Notes: generated by a model from the sequence alone, not told the origin. Positions 9,494-18,836 are shown, counted from the first letter of the stretch. The stretch: DNA of 64,000 nucleotides from Nanobdellota archaeon (GCA_021818475.1 JAKADZ010000002.1:64536-128535), one strand, 5' to 3'. Made by a program: numbers and translations.

Positions 9494-10147
9494 ATGGCAA
9501 ATCAAAAATTTGCATTCTTGTATGCGCTGATTGCGACTTTAATAGTTTTCAATCTTGGAATTTTTATGGGTTATATGCTTGAGTCATCAAGGCTGGACAA
9601 AATAAATAATCTTTATTCAGATACTCAAATGGAACTTTTGGACCAGGTAGCACAGAGCGATGCTATGGGAATCCTGAATTTAAACTGTAATTTGCTGACT
9701 CAAGAAAATATACAGTTTGGAGACAAAATTTTCCAGGAAGCATTACAAATACAAAAATATGAAGATGCAAACAGGATTACAAGTGATATTATTTCAGAGC
9801 ATAAAAAATTTGACCTTCTCAGAGCTCTCTTCTGGATAAACAGTATGAAAATAAAACAAGAGTGCAATCCGAAATATCACGATGTTGTTTATTTCTACCA
9901 GTATAACAATCCTTCACTGGATCAGGAATCAAAACAAAAATTCTTTTCCAATGTTCTCTCAGATTTAAAACAGAAAGAAGGGGATAATATTATGCTTATT
10001 CCTCTGTCAGGAGACAATGATATTCCTTCGGTAAATCTGCTGGAAAAAGAGTATAACATCACAGAATTTCCCACAATACTCATTGACGAAAAAGTAAAGA
10101 TTACTGATATAAAAAATATGAGTGATATTGAGAAATATCTAAATTAG
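9494..10147 (+). CDS. membrane-anchored hypothetical protein (217 aa)
   Basis: Start placed at ATG 9494, directly after the GT2 stop (9490-9492). N-terminal TM FAFLYALIATLIVFNLGIFMGYML. Ends in a TAG stop. Confidence 0.55.
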   Translation: MANQKFAFLYALIATLIVFNLGIFMGYMLESSRLDKINNLYSDTQMELLDQVAQSDAMGILNLNCNLLTQENIQFGDKIFQEALQIQKYEDANRITSDIISEHKKFDLLRALFWINSMKIKQECNPKYHDVVYFYQYNNPSLDQESKQKFFSNVLSDLKQKEGDNIMLIPLSGDNDIPSVNLLEKEYNITEFPTILIDEKVKITDIKNMSDIEKYLN

Positions 10148-10196
10148 TATATCTCATCATAGAAATATTAAAAAAGAGAAATTATATATTTTGTTT

Positions 10197-10970
10197 ATGG
10201 CAGAATGTTTTAAATGCGGTGTTTCTGGTGAAAAAAGCAGGTTGCATGATGTTATCTCAAACAGAGGAATAGTGAAAATTTGCGATGAATGCGCCTCTTC
10301 TGAAAACTTGCCAACAGTCAAAAGAATTACAAAAGAACAGCTTGAAGAATCCCAGAAACAGAGGTCAATACGGGACAGGCTGACAAATATGAATAATCGA
10401 AATAGTATTCTGAAAAAAGAAGTTACATTAAGAGATATAATTGACAAAAATTTAAAGAAAAATCAGCCTCCTTCAGATTTAATTGAAAATTTTCACTGGA
10501 CGATTCAGAGAATTAAAAGAGCGAGAAAAATAACAAGGGAAGAATTTGCAAAAGCAATAGGAGAAAATGAAGCAACAATAAGAATGATTGAAAATGGATT
10601 TATCCCGAATAATGATTACAAACTGATAAACAAAATTGAAAGTTATCTAAAAGTTAGTCTAAGAAAATCAGGGGAGTCTGGATTTTCTGACCCTTCAATT
10701 AAAGAACCTTCAAGGAGATATATTCTTGACAACTCTCTTATTGAAAAAGAAGAACAAAAACCGAAGAAACTAAGTTTTAGCATTCCCGCAGCAAAAGAAC
10801 TGAAAATCAGCGATTTGAAAGAGATGAAAAAAAGGCAGGATACAGAATCCAAAAGACCTGAATCAAAGAAAGAACCAATAGACAGCTGGGAAAATGAATA
10901 CAGCCAGGATGATGAAAAATTCCTTGATGAACGTGAAGAATTCGATGATGACGATTTTGATGAGAAATAA
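10197..10970 (+). CDS. zinc-ribbon + XRE/MBF1-like helix-turn-helix protein with acidic tail
   Basis: N-terminal CFKCG...CDEC ribbon. HTH segment IKRARKITREEFAKAIGENEATIRMIENG. C-terminus EREEFDDDDFDEK. First ATG is at 10197; the track ORF starts at TTG 10191. Confidence 0.65.
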   Translation: MAECFKCGVSGEKSRLHDVISNRGIVKICDECASSENLPTVKRITKEQLEESQKQRSIRDRLTNMNNRNSILKKEVTLRDIIDKNLKKNQPPSDLIENFHWTIQRIKRARKITREEFAKAIGENEATIRMIENGFIPNNDYKLINKIESYLKVSLRKSGESGFSDPSIKEPSRRYILDNSLIEKEEQKPKKLSFSIPAAKELKISDLKEMKKRQDTESKRPESKKEPIDSWENEYSQDDEKFLDEREEFDDDDFDEK

Positions 10971-11019
10971 AACCCAACCGTTTTTGTTGAAAAAATCAAT
11001 TTTGTTTTTACAAATATTT

Positions 11020-11060
11020 GCGGACAGCGAAGCTGTCCAAGGGCGGGAGGGCAGGGGATA
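11020..11060 (+). repeat. repeat-family fragment: GAA-loop hairpin + G-quadruplex motif
   Basis: ggacagc-gaa-gctgtcc at 11022-11038, followed by gggcgggagggcagggg at 11041-11057. Confidence 0.7.
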
Positions 11061-11113
11061 AAAAACAAAATTGTAATAAGAGGATATTTTCAGCAAAAAT
11101 AACCCAATCGCAA

Positions 11114-11127
11114 CTTTTATAAATATA
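11114..11127 (+). promoter_or_regulatory. TATA-box-like element upstream of rpoL
   Basis: cttttataaatata lies 18-31 nt upstream of the ATG at 11145. Confidence 0.4.
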
Positions 11128-11144
11128 GTTTTAGATTTCTTTTT

Positions 11145-11408
11145 ATGGAAATGAATATTCTTAAGAATGAAAAGGAAGAACTTGAATTAGAAACAGACAG
11201 CCTGACAATTGCAGAAATTTTGAGAGTTTATCTTAACAAAGATTCTGACGTAACTTTCGCTGCATGGAAAAGAGAACATCCGACAAAAAAAACCACACTT
11301 CTTGTAAAGACAAAAGGCAAAACTGCAAAAAAAGCTATTGATGATGCAGTTTCTGCAATAACAAAAGACCTTGACAGAGTAGAAGCAGATTTCAAGAAAT
11401 TGAAGTAA
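11145..11408 (+). CDS. rpoL: DNA-directed RNA polymerase subunit L (Rpo11)
   Basis: 87 aa. LELETDSLTIAEILRVYLNKDSDVTFAAWKREHPTKKTTLLVKTKGKTAKKAIDDA matches the RpoL/Rpb11 pattern (V-x-F-A-x-Y/W-x-x-x-H-P). Confidence 0.8.
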   Translation: MEMNILKNEKEELELETDSLTIAEILRVYLNKDSDVTFAAWKREHPTKKTTLLVKTKGKTAKKAIDDAVSAITKDLDRVEADFKKLK

Positions 11409-11409
11409 A

Positions 11410-11829
11410 ATGAAAAATATTTCTTTTAAAGACAGATTAAAAATCCTAAGGGGAGAGTTAATTCCGCGAGATTCATCTTTTCTAGAAGAAATTTTAGGAA
11501 ACCACGTTATGCTTAAAGAATTTTCAGGGGCATGGGAAGAGGAAGGGATTTTTGTTAACGGTTGGGAAGGGTATATTTTCCTTTCAAGACATTATTCTGA
11601 TCCTGATCAAAACGGAAGAGGAAATATAATTCTTGCAAGAGAAATTTCTCAAGAGGATATTATTTATTTAACAAAAGAAAAAGAAAAATATTTGATACGA
11701 TTTATAAAAGGAGGACCGACAGCAGTTTATGACGAAGGGGATTTAGATGCAGGATTAAAAGAAGGATATTTTGTTTTTGATAAATTATTAAGCTGTTCAG
11801 GAATCTCTCAAATTAGAAGAGTTAACTAA
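11410..11829 (+). CDS. hypothetical protein (139 aa)
   Basis: ATG lies 1 nt after the rpoL stop, so the two are probably co-transcribed. No motif recognised. Confidence 0.5.
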   Translation: MKNISFKDRLKILRGELIPRDSSFLEEILGNHVMLKEFSGAWEEEGIFVNGWEGYIFLSRHYSDPDQNGRGNIILAREISQEDIIYLTKEKEKYLIRFIKGGPTAVYDEGDLDAGLKEGYFVFDKLLSCSGISQIRRVN

Positions 11830-11861
11830 AAAATTTATAAATATAAAAGATATACATTTAT

Positions 11862-12137
11862 ATGGCAAAAAAGGGTGAAAGAAAAGAAGCCTTATTCAAA
11901 ATTCTCGTTTTTATTATATCGGGAATAATTCTTAATGCATGGGCATACCTCATTGCAATAACCTGCACATTAAACTGGATTGGAACATTAATAAGCGGAA
12001 AAAGAAATAAAGATTTGGCGGAATTTTCAGAATACTTTAATACAGAATTATACAAATTTTCAAGGTATCTTACAGGAGTTTCAAATAAGAGACCTTTCCC
12101 TTTTTCAAAACTGGAAAGAATGAGCAGATTTGGATAA
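11862..12137 (+). CDS. small membrane protein, DUF4389-like (91 aa)
   Basis: Basic N-terminus, then FKILVFIISGIILNAWAYLIAITCTLNWIGTLISGKR and ...RPFPF, resembling DUF4389. Preferred over the overlapping minus ORF 11858-12241, which has no motif. Confidence 0.5.
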   Translation: MAKKGERKEALFKILVFIISGIILNAWAYLIAITCTLNWIGTLISGKRNKDLAEFSEYFNTELYKFSRYLTGVSNKRPFPFSKLERMSRFG

Positions 12138-12200
12138 ATCCAAATATCATTCGTCTCTAAGAGCCAAATGAAAGAATGAGCAGATTTGGATAAATCCAAA
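12114..12200 (+). repeat. 31-bp perfect direct repeat (12114-12144 and 12170-12200)
   Basis: gaaagaatgagcagatttggataaatccaaa occurs twice, 56 bp apart. Each copy contains the inverted repeat tttggat-aa-atccaaa. Copy 1 encodes the last 7 codons plus the stop of 11862-12137. Confidence 0.9.
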
Positions 12201-12239
12201 ACAATAATTCTTATATAATTCTTAATTATCTTCTTTTTC

Positions 12240-12980
12240 ATGGGTTTGGATAAAGTTGAAAAAATATCTACAGGAAGTTATGATTTAAATCGGTGGCTTT
12301 ATGGAGGGTATGAAAAAGGGATTATCACAATGATTGCCGGACCCCCGGGATCAGGAAAAACAAATATGGCCGTTCTTACTGCATGCAGCCAGGCGAAAAA
12401 AGGAAATAAAGTAATTTTTATGGATACTGAAGGGGGGTTTTCACCTGATAGAGTAAAACAAATAGTGGGGGAAAATTTTGAAGAAGTACTGAAAAATATC
12501 TTGTTAATAGAACCAAATAATTTTGAAGAACAAAAAAAACATTTTCAGACGTTGAATAATCAATTAAAAAAAGAACAAATAAGTTTAATTGTGATTGACA
12601 GCATGGCGATGCTTTATAGGTTAGAATTAGGGGATGCAAGAATCAAGGAAACTGATGAAGAAATAAAAAATATAAATCGTGAAGTTGCAAACCAGATGAA
12701 GATACTTGCAGAAATTTCAAAAAAACAAGATATTCCGATTATAATAACAAATCAGGTTTACAGCGGATTTCAATCAGAAGAGGACTGGAAAAAGGGGCTT
12801 GAAAGAGAAATGAATATTGTCGGCGGAGATTTATTTCAGTATTGGAGTAAATGCATAATTCAGTTAAGAAATGAAAAAGGAAAACGAAAAGCAATTTTGA
12901 TAAAACATAGAAGTTTGCCGGAAAAAGAAATGGGATTTGAAATCAAGAACGAAGGAATTTTCAAAAAGAGATGGATATAA
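12240..12980 (+). CDS. radB: DNA repair and recombination protein RadB
   Basis: 246 aa. STGSYDLNRWLYGGYEKGIITMIAGPPGSGKT (Walker A). Short RecA/RadA-family core without the RadA N-terminal domain. Confidence 0.85.
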   Translation: MGLDKVEKISTGSYDLNRWLYGGYEKGIITMIAGPPGSGKTNMAVLTACSQAKKGNKVIFMDTEGGFSPDRVKQIVGENFEEVLKNILLIEPNNFEEQKKHFQTLNNQLKKEQISLIVIDSMAMLYRLELGDARIKETDEEIKNINREVANQMKILAEISKKQDIPIIITNQVYSGFQSEEDWKKGLEREMNIVGGDLFQYWSKCIIQLRNEKGKRKAILIKHRSLPEKEMGFEIKNEGIFKKRWI

Positions 12981-12997
12981 AATAAAATTGAGGCGAT

Positions 12998-14203
12998 ATG
13001 GAAAGCATAAAGTTTGAAACAATAAAAAAAATCAGTGAAATTGGTTTTAGAAACAGAAATTTAAGGAATATTTCAAAATTAGACAGCAATTCTCCTCCGA
13101 GTGTTTTTATCGGCAGCAAATTAAAATATCCATTAGTCAATGTCGGAATCCTGTCTCCTTTGGAAAGAGAAGATAATGTTCAGATTTATGACGATGCAAA
13201 ATTCTGGGCGGAGAATAACTTAAAGATAGAAGATGTTTTAAGGTTAAGAAATGGTTTGTTAAATTCGCGATTTCAGTCAAATGTTCATGATTCAAGAACA
13301 GAAAAAAATTTTGTTCAGATGGCGCAGGAAATAGCAATCGCCTCTAATCCGGTAGATATCGAGATTGAATTAAAAAATAAATTGAATATGAACAGAAATC
13401 CGGACAAGGTCCTTACTCCCCACGGGATGAGTGCAGGATTAAAAAAAGCAAAGATAGTCAGCAATGTAAAAGTTCATCAGAAAGTTGACCGCGTGATAAA
13501 TGATGAAATCAAAGCAAATGAAGGTATCCAGATGCTTTACAAAAATGGATTTAATGAATACACCCTAAGCAAAATTCTCAGTGTCGGTGTTTTAGGGCTG
13601 AAAAAAAATAAAAAACTTGTTCCGACAAGATGGAGCATCACTGCAACAGATGACTCACTGGGAAAAGTTTTGATAAACAAAATAAAAGACTACCCCGTAA
13701 TTGAAAACTATGAATTATTTTTCGGGGAATTTTTGGGAAATCAATACCTGATAATGCTGTTTCCAAGAATTTGGAGCTATGAACTTTTTGAATTATATCT
13801 CCCAAAGAGTTCCTGGAATCCTTCTGATGAGATAAAAGCTTCAACGGATTACGAAAATTATGAAGGAAGAAAAGAATATGCCTATGCAACTGCCGGAGGA
13901 TATTATGCATCACGGCTTCCTATTGCGGAATATCTAAGTTCAATAAAAAAGCAGGCTTCTGCGCTGGTTATCCGAATTGAAACTCCAAGTTATTGGGCAG
14001 GTCTTGGAGTCTGGGTTGTCAGGGAAAGTGTCAGAAAAGCAATTGCAAAAAAAATGGAATTTACCGACGAAAAAGAACTTATGGAAAGTTCAAAAAAAGT
14101 AGGAAAGATAAAATATGGGTTTGATATTTCAGGAATTTTGTCAAAAAGTTTAATATTAAAAGAAAAAAGGGAGCAAAAATCTCTGAGAGATTTTTGGATT
14201 TAA
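12998..14203 (+). CDS. Nre-family DNA repair protein (DUF650/DUF651)
   Basis: 401 aa. PPSVFIGSKLKYPLVNVGILSP N-terminal signature and VPTRWSITATDD. Adjacent to radB. Confidence 0.7.
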   Translation: MESIKFETIKKISEIGFRNRNLRNISKLDSNSPPSVFIGSKLKYPLVNVGILSPLEREDNVQIYDDAKFWAENNLKIEDVLRLRNGLLNSRFQSNVHDSRTEKNFVQMAQEIAIASNPVDIEIELKNKLNMNRNPDKVLTPHGMSAGLKKAKIVSNVKVHQKVDRVINDEIKANEGIQMLYKNGFNEYTLSKILSVGVLGLKKNKKLVPTRWSITATDDSLGKVLINKIKDYPVIENYELFFGEFLGNQYLIMLFPRIWSYELFELYLPKSSWNPSDEIKASTDYENYEGRKEYAYATAGGYYASRLPIAEYLSSIKKQASALVIRIETPSYWAGLGVWVVRESVRKAIAKKMEFTDEKELMESSKKVGKIKYGFDISGILSKSLILKEKREQKSLRDFWI

Positions 14204-14245
14204 AGTAAAATAAAAAAGAAAAAATAAATTAAGAAAAGCAAAATC

Positions 14246-14275
14246 TTACTTTTTCTTTTTCTTTTTAGCTGCCAT
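14246..14275 (-). CDS. micro-ORF MAAKKKKKK (9 aa) behind a perfect Shine-Dalgarno
   Basis: Minus strand reads AAGGAGGTGATTAGATA-ATG GCA GCT AAA AAG AAA AAG AAA AAG TAA. It is part of a 39-nt perfect repeat (14254-14292 = 14452-14490). Confidence 0.3.
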   Translation of the reverse strand: MAAKKKKKK

Positions 14276-14428
14276 TATCTAATCACCTCCTTATAGGATT
14301 ATTATTTTAATGAATAAGAGTATATTAATTTTTTGTTAATAAAAACATAATGAAACAAGAATAGAAGAAGTTTGTGGGGATTAAATCCCCAAATAAAAAA
14401 ATAAAAATAAAACTAAGTAAGACTCACC

Positions 14429-14473
14429 TTACTTTTTTTTCTTTTTTGCTGTCTTTTTCTTTTTAGCTGCCAT
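14429..14473 (-). CDS. micro-ORF MAAKKKKTAKKKKK (14 aa) behind a perfect Shine-Dalgarno
   Basis: Second copy of the same SD + ATG GCA GCT AAA AAG... unit. Confidence 0.3.
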   Translation of the reverse strand: MAAKKKKTAKKKKK

Positions 14474-14670
14474 TATCTAATCACCTCCTTGCTAATAGTA
14501 AAAATAATTTTAGGAAGTATTTAAATGTTATTCTTTTTTCAAATTTTTTTGAAAAAAATATTTTTAGATCAAAAAATTTGTCGTCGGAAAAATAAAAAAT
14601 AAAAATTTATGATAAAAAATAAAAAAAATTTTGCTAAAAAAATGAAAAAAATAATAAAAAATATCAAAAA

Positions 14671-16986
14671 TTATTTGGATTCTAAATTTTCTTTATTTTT
14701 CTTTTCGTGATATTCTTCAAGCCTTTTTTTATTTGATTCACATTCTGAATTAAAGCAAAATATCCATGGGCGTTTGCCCTTGCTTAATCTCATCAGCATC
14801 GGGAATCCGCATGATTCACATATTTTATCAGTTTTTTTGATTATTCCGTTGGGTGGAAGTGAATAAGTTTTTTTGCATTCGGGATAAGCATCGCAAGCGA
14901 CAAAATAACGTCTTGTTTTTCTGGAATACATAATTGCAAGTGTTCCTTTTTTGCATGATGGGCACTGAATTAATTTATTTTCTTCTTTTTCTTTCTTCCA
15001 TTGCTCGCTTTCAGCATTAATAAGTTCATTTCCAATTTCTTTTCTGTTCTTTTGAAAATCTTTTGAAATGTCAATTATTGTCTCTTTTGCCTCTTCAACA
15101 ATCTTATTTTCTTTTTCTTTAAAATTTTCATGAACTTCCAGGATAGAATCCATCTCATTTTCAAATTTTCTTGTGAGTTTCTCGTCGATAATAACAGGAG
15201 AATATTTTTCCAGAGTTTCAATGAGAGAAATTCCAAGAGGAGTGGCTTCGATGCTCTTTTCTTTTATGTAACCTCTGTCATAAAGTGTTTCTATGATAGC
15301 TGCTCTTGTAGCTTTTGTCCCAAGATTTCTTTTTTCAAGTTCAGATACAATTGAAGCAGGCGAATATCTTTTTGGAGGCTGAGTTTCTTTTTCTTCTTTT
15401 CTCAAATCAGTAATCTTAACTTCCCCGTTAATATCCGGAAGACTTTCTTCTTTAATTTTATAAGGATAAATTTCAAGCCATGCTTTTTTTCTGACTTCTG
15501 AACCTTTTGCGCCAAAAGATAAATCTTCATATTTAGCAGTGATTGTTTTGTTGTCAATAACAGCATCATCACAGAACAAAGAAAGGAATCTCTTGACAAT
15601 TAATCCGTAAATCTTTTCCTCCTCACCTGAAATTACCTGAGATTCTCCAGTCGGATAAATTGAAGGGTGTGCTGAATCGGTTTTTTCCCCTTCAATCGGT
15701 TTTTTTCTTGTGATTAATCTTTCAGCATTATACTGTCGGGCAAGTTTTTCCAAAATTTCTTTGTAGTTGATTGAATCGGGAAGTTTTTGTGAGGAAGTTC
15801 TTGGATAAGAAATTAATCCCGCAAGGTACAAAGATTGCGCAATCTGAAGAGTCCTTGCTGGAGTAAGTCCATAGAGGCGATAAGCTTCCATTTGAAGTGA
15901 GGTCAGATTAAAAGGAGGATTGGGGGGAAGTTTTTCCTCTTTTTTTATTGTAGTTGCTGCCGCAGTCTTTCCGACGAGGTTTTCAAATTTATCAAGTTCT
16001 TTTTTATCAAAAATATCTTTATTGTATTTTAATTCAACTTCATGAGAATTTTTTATTTTGATAAAAACCTGCCAGTATTTTTCTGGTTTGAATCCCTGAA
16101 TTTTCCTTTCTCTCTGGACAATTAAATTTAATGCAGGACCCTGGACTCTTCCAACCGACATAATTTTAAACCGGCCCGCTTCTTTTATCGCGTTCATTAA
16201 TGCACGTGAAAGATTTATTCCGTAAAACCAATCAAGATAATGTCTTGTTTCTCCTGCAATTGCCTGCCCCCAATTTATGCTTGAACTTTTTGTATCATAA
16301 GCCTCATTCAGTTCAGGTTTTGTGAGCGTAGAATATTTCATTCTGTTTGCATCTTTTTGATTGCAGATAAAACGCATTACATTATATCCGATTACTTCCC
16401 CCTCGATATCATAGTCTGTTGCGATTGTTATGCTTCCTGCATTTTTTGCAAGGCTCAATAAAGTATCATAATACTTTTTTGTGAAGCTTCCGCCTTTTAT
16501 CATATAATTCGGAACCCAGGTTATATCAAAAACAGGAAATCCTGAACCTTTTTGCAGCTGTGTCAGAGTGAACAAATGGCCTACAGCACACGCAACAATT
16601 ATTTTTTTCCCTTTTCTGTTGACGTCATAATAAGTAATTCCGTGAAGAGATTCTTTTTTGGAGCTGCCCAGTGCATCTGCAATTTTCAAAGCAGCCTGCG
16701 GTTTTTCAGTTACAACCAATTCGTATCCTTCTTTTTTTAGGGAGATATTTGGAATTTCGTATTTTTTCATCGGAGCAGAAATTTTTTTCCTGACATTTTT
16801 TTTCACAACTTTCTTTTTTCTTGTCGCATTAATCTTCCTTTTCGGTTTTGAGATGACAGAAATATCAACGTCCATAGGCTTGTGTTCTTTCTCAACTGCA
16901 TATTTCACATCTTTGACATTAACCGGAAAATAATTCTCAGCTAAAGTTTCTTCTTTGCTCTTCTTGGCTTTTCGAGGCATATTCAT
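14671..16986 (-). CDS. topA: DNA topoisomerase I (type IA) with Lys-rich N-terminal extension and C-terminal zinc ribbons
   Basis: Toprim segments (LVVTEKPQAALKIA, ATDYDIEGE). Catalytic Tyr region GLISYPRTSS. Two Cys4 ribbons (CPSCKKG..CDAYPEC; CESCGFP..CFNSEC). The track ORF starts at TTG 16992; ATGs lie at 16986 and 16980. Confidence 0.9.
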   Translation of the reverse strand: MNMPRKAKKSKEETLAENYFPVNVKDVKYAVEKEHKPMDVDISVISKPKRKINATRKKKVVKKNVRKKISAPMKKYEIPNISLKKEGYELVVTEKPQAALKIADALGSSKKESLHGITYYDVNRKGKKIIVACAVGHLFTLTQLQKGSGFPVFDITWVPNYMIKGGSFTKKYYDTLLSLAKNAGSITIATDYDIEGEVIGYNVMRFICNQKDANRMKYSTLTKPELNEAYDTKSSSINWGQAIAGETRHYLDWFYGINLSRALMNAIKEAGRFKIMSVGRVQGPALNLIVQRERKIQGFKPEKYWQVFIKIKNSHEVELKYNKDIFDKKELDKFENLVGKTAAATTIKKEEKLPPNPPFNLTSLQMEAYRLYGLTPARTLQIAQSLYLAGLISYPRTSSQKLPDSINYKEILEKLARQYNAERLITRKKPIEGEKTDSAHPSIYPTGESQVISGEEEKIYGLIVKRFLSLFCDDAVIDNKTITAKYEDLSFGAKGSEVRKKAWLEIYPYKIKEESLPDINGEVKITDLRKEEKETQPPKRYSPASIVSELEKRNLGTKATRAAIIETLYDRGYIKEKSIEATPLGISLIETLEKYSPVIIDEKLTRKFENEMDSILEVHENFKEKENKIVEEAKETIIDISKDFQKNRKEIGNELINAESEQWKKEKEENKLIQCPSCKKGTLAIMYSRKTRRYFVACDAYPECKKTYSLPPNGIIKKTDKICESCGFPMLMRLSKGKRPWIFCFNSECESNKKRLEEYHEKKNKENLESK

Positions 16987-17083
16987 CCACAAGAATAAGT
17001 GTTTTTATAAGTCTTTAGTTTAAGAAGAAAAACATCTTTTACAAGATAATTATATTTAAATAAGAATATAGAATCTTTTTATT

Positions 17084-17617
17084 ATGGAAAAAGAATTTGA
17101 AGACGAATTCAATCTAAAAAAACAAACAAGTTATGCAATTTTTCTACAATTTAAAACTCCACAGGTTTCTGATTTAGCAATTCCTGATGCAACAAATATT
17201 AAGTATCTTGTAACAATTTCAGGGAGACTTATGAATGGAGAAGATATAAAACCAGAAGAGATAACTTGTGTAACTTCAAATCCTCGTTATAATCATTCAC
17301 AATATTGGAGAAAAGGAAAATTTTTTTCATCACTTTCTCCAAGAGTTTCCGAAGGAATAGAAAAAATATTGGAAGAATCTTATGATGAAAATTCTTTCTT
17401 AGAATTAATTATGTTTCACGGAGATATTCTTGGCAATGAATGGAATTATGGATTTGGAACATGGTACAGATTCAGAGAAGGAAAAAGAGAAAAAGTAGAA
17501 CGGGAAGTTAAACAATATTTCAATGAACAGGAATTGGGTGATTTTGATAAAATAGGAAATTTATTCCAGCCGTTTATAAGAAGAGTCATAGCACCTCATC
17601 CAAACAGAGAAGATTAA
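17084..17617 (+). CDS. hypothetical protein (177 aa)
   Basis: Clean ORF with a TATA-like atatttaaata about 30 nt upstream. A repeat A motif lies 27 nt after its stop. No motif recognised. Confidence 0.55.
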   Translation: MEKEFEDEFNLKKQTSYAIFLQFKTPQVSDLAIPDATNIKYLVTISGRLMNGEDIKPEEITCVTSNPRYNHSQYWRKGKFFSSLSPRVSEGIEKILEESYDENSFLELIMFHGDILGNEWNYGFGTWYRFREGKREKVEREVKQYFNEQELGDFDKIGNLFQPFIRRVIAPHPNRED

Positions 17618-17640
17618 AATTAAATCTCAAATTTTTCAAT

Positions 17641-17755
17641 TTTCTATCACCTCTTTTTCAGTCGAATTTAAAATATTAATAATTCTCACAGATTTTTCTC
17701 CAGTAATAATTTTTATCAGAAATTCTCCAGAGGATGGGCGGGTGGGAACGAGTTG
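17641..17755 (+). repeat. modular intergenic repeat, copy (A motif ... G-run module)
   Basis: ctatcacctcttttt at 17644-17658. About 50 nt are near-identical to 20543-20600 (tatcacctctttttca-n-tgaatttaaaatattaataa). gggcgggtggg at 17736-17746. Confidence 0.8.
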
Positions 17756-17779
17756 AAACAGAAAATAAATTAATTTAAA

Positions 17780-18391
17780 TTAAATCTCAAAAATCTTTTC
17801 CTTTCTTGCAACATTGATTACCTTTGTTTTTCCCATATATTCCTCCATACCTGCAGCTTCATGGATATGGGCAGTGATTAAAATATCCGGCTGAAATTCT
17901 TTTATTGCTTTAGTAACTGCCTTGCTTCCTGGAATTCCTGAAAATTCTGCCTTGCTTCCTTCAGGATGCATATGCGTAACCATAATCTGCTTTGGAGAAT
18001 TTTTAACAGTCTCGTGTCCTTTTTTTAATAAACTAAAAATTTCAGAATCTTTGATGGTGTTAATCCCCACATCAGCAGCACCTGCTCCGAAAATTCCCAG
18101 GTCATCTTTAAGAAAAGAATAACCGTGAATGTTTTTTGTATCCGGGTACATTTCTGCAAGAAAATCTGCCGTTGCGACAGACTCGTGATTTCCTGGAATC
18201 AAAAGGACCTGCTTCTTAGCTTTTACAAAGGGCCCGATTAAATTTTTAGTAGACTGCTCTGCAAAAGTTATATCTCCCGCTAAAATTACTAAGTCCACAT
18301 TTTCCTTCACTGCTTTTTCAGCAAGTTTCTTAACCAGTCCGGTATCTCCATGGATATCTCCTATCGCAAGTATTTTTGTTTTCTTTGACAT
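17780..18391 (-). CDS. metallophosphoesterase (calcineurin-like, YfcE/MJ0936-type)
   Basis: 203 aa with the motifs ILAIGDIHGD, LVILAGDITF, GNHE and MVTHMHP. Confidence 0.85.
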   Translation of the reverse strand: MSKKTKILAIGDIHGDTGLVKKLAEKAVKENVDLVILAGDITFAEQSTKNLIGPFVKAKKQVLLIPGNHESVATADFLAEMYPDTKNIHGYSFLKDDLGIFGAGAADVGINTIKDSEIFSLLKKGHETVKNSPKQIMVTHMHPEGSKAEFSGIPGSKAVTKAIKEFQPDILITAHIHEAAGMEEYMGKTKVINVARKEKIFEI

Positions 18392-18569
18392 AAAATTAAT
18401 AATATTCCTCCATTAATAAATATAAGTTCCGATTTAAATTTCGGGGATTTTTAAATATATTTTCTTATATCCATGCTACAAAAGATTTAAAAGTAAACTA
18501 CTATCTGAATATATACAATGAGAAGAAACTTTCCAAATAAGGGATTTTCTAACTCATTTTATAAATAAA

Positions 18570-18836
18570 ATGAAAGATAACTTTGACGTGTTTTTCCGAA
18601 GAAAACCCGCTTTGATGCTGGTTTCTTTGAAAAGAAATACACGAATAAGGTATGGTAGTGTTCTGGCTAAAGAAGTGGATTGCACTTACAGCCATGCAGT
18701 AAAAATACTGCAGACATTGGAAGACCTGAAGTTAGTTTTTTTCGAGAAAAAGGGGCGGATAAAGGTGATACAACTAACTAAGAAAGGCCGAGCAGTTGCA
18801 GACGCGATAGAAAATATCCAGCAGCTGATTAAGTAA
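18570..18836 (+). CDS. winged-helix transcriptional regulator (88 aa)
   Basis: RYGSVLAKEVDCTYSHAVKILQTLEDLKLVFFEKKGRIKVIQLTKKG shows the wHTH recognition-helix plus wing pattern. Confidence 0.65.
   Translation: MKDNFDVFFRRKPALMLVSLKRNTRIRYGSVLAKEVDCTYSHAVKILQTLEDLKLVFFEKKGRIKVIQLTKKGRAVADAIENIQQLIK

Noticed and set aside
10145-10147. Possibility of an alternative genetic code, prompted by the in-frame TAG at 53114.
   Set aside because: TAG, TAA and TGA all terminate well-supported genes at sensible lengths: TAG at 10145 and 3193, TGA at 41201 and 56388. All large conserved genes are uninterrupted under the standard code.
11858-12241. 127-aa minus-strand ORF overlapping the 91-aa + strand ORF.
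   Set aside because: The + strand product has a coherent basic N-terminus, a TM pattern resembling DUF4389 and a TATA-like box upstream. The minus product has no features. Confidence in either is only moderate.
14282-14490. The + strand sequence TAATCACCTCCTT resembles the 3' terminus of 16S rRNA, raising the possibility of an rRNA gene end.
   Set aside because: No rRNA-like sequence precedes either copy; the flanks are A/T-rich and low-complexity. Reading the minus strand as SD + ATG gives a simpler explanation.
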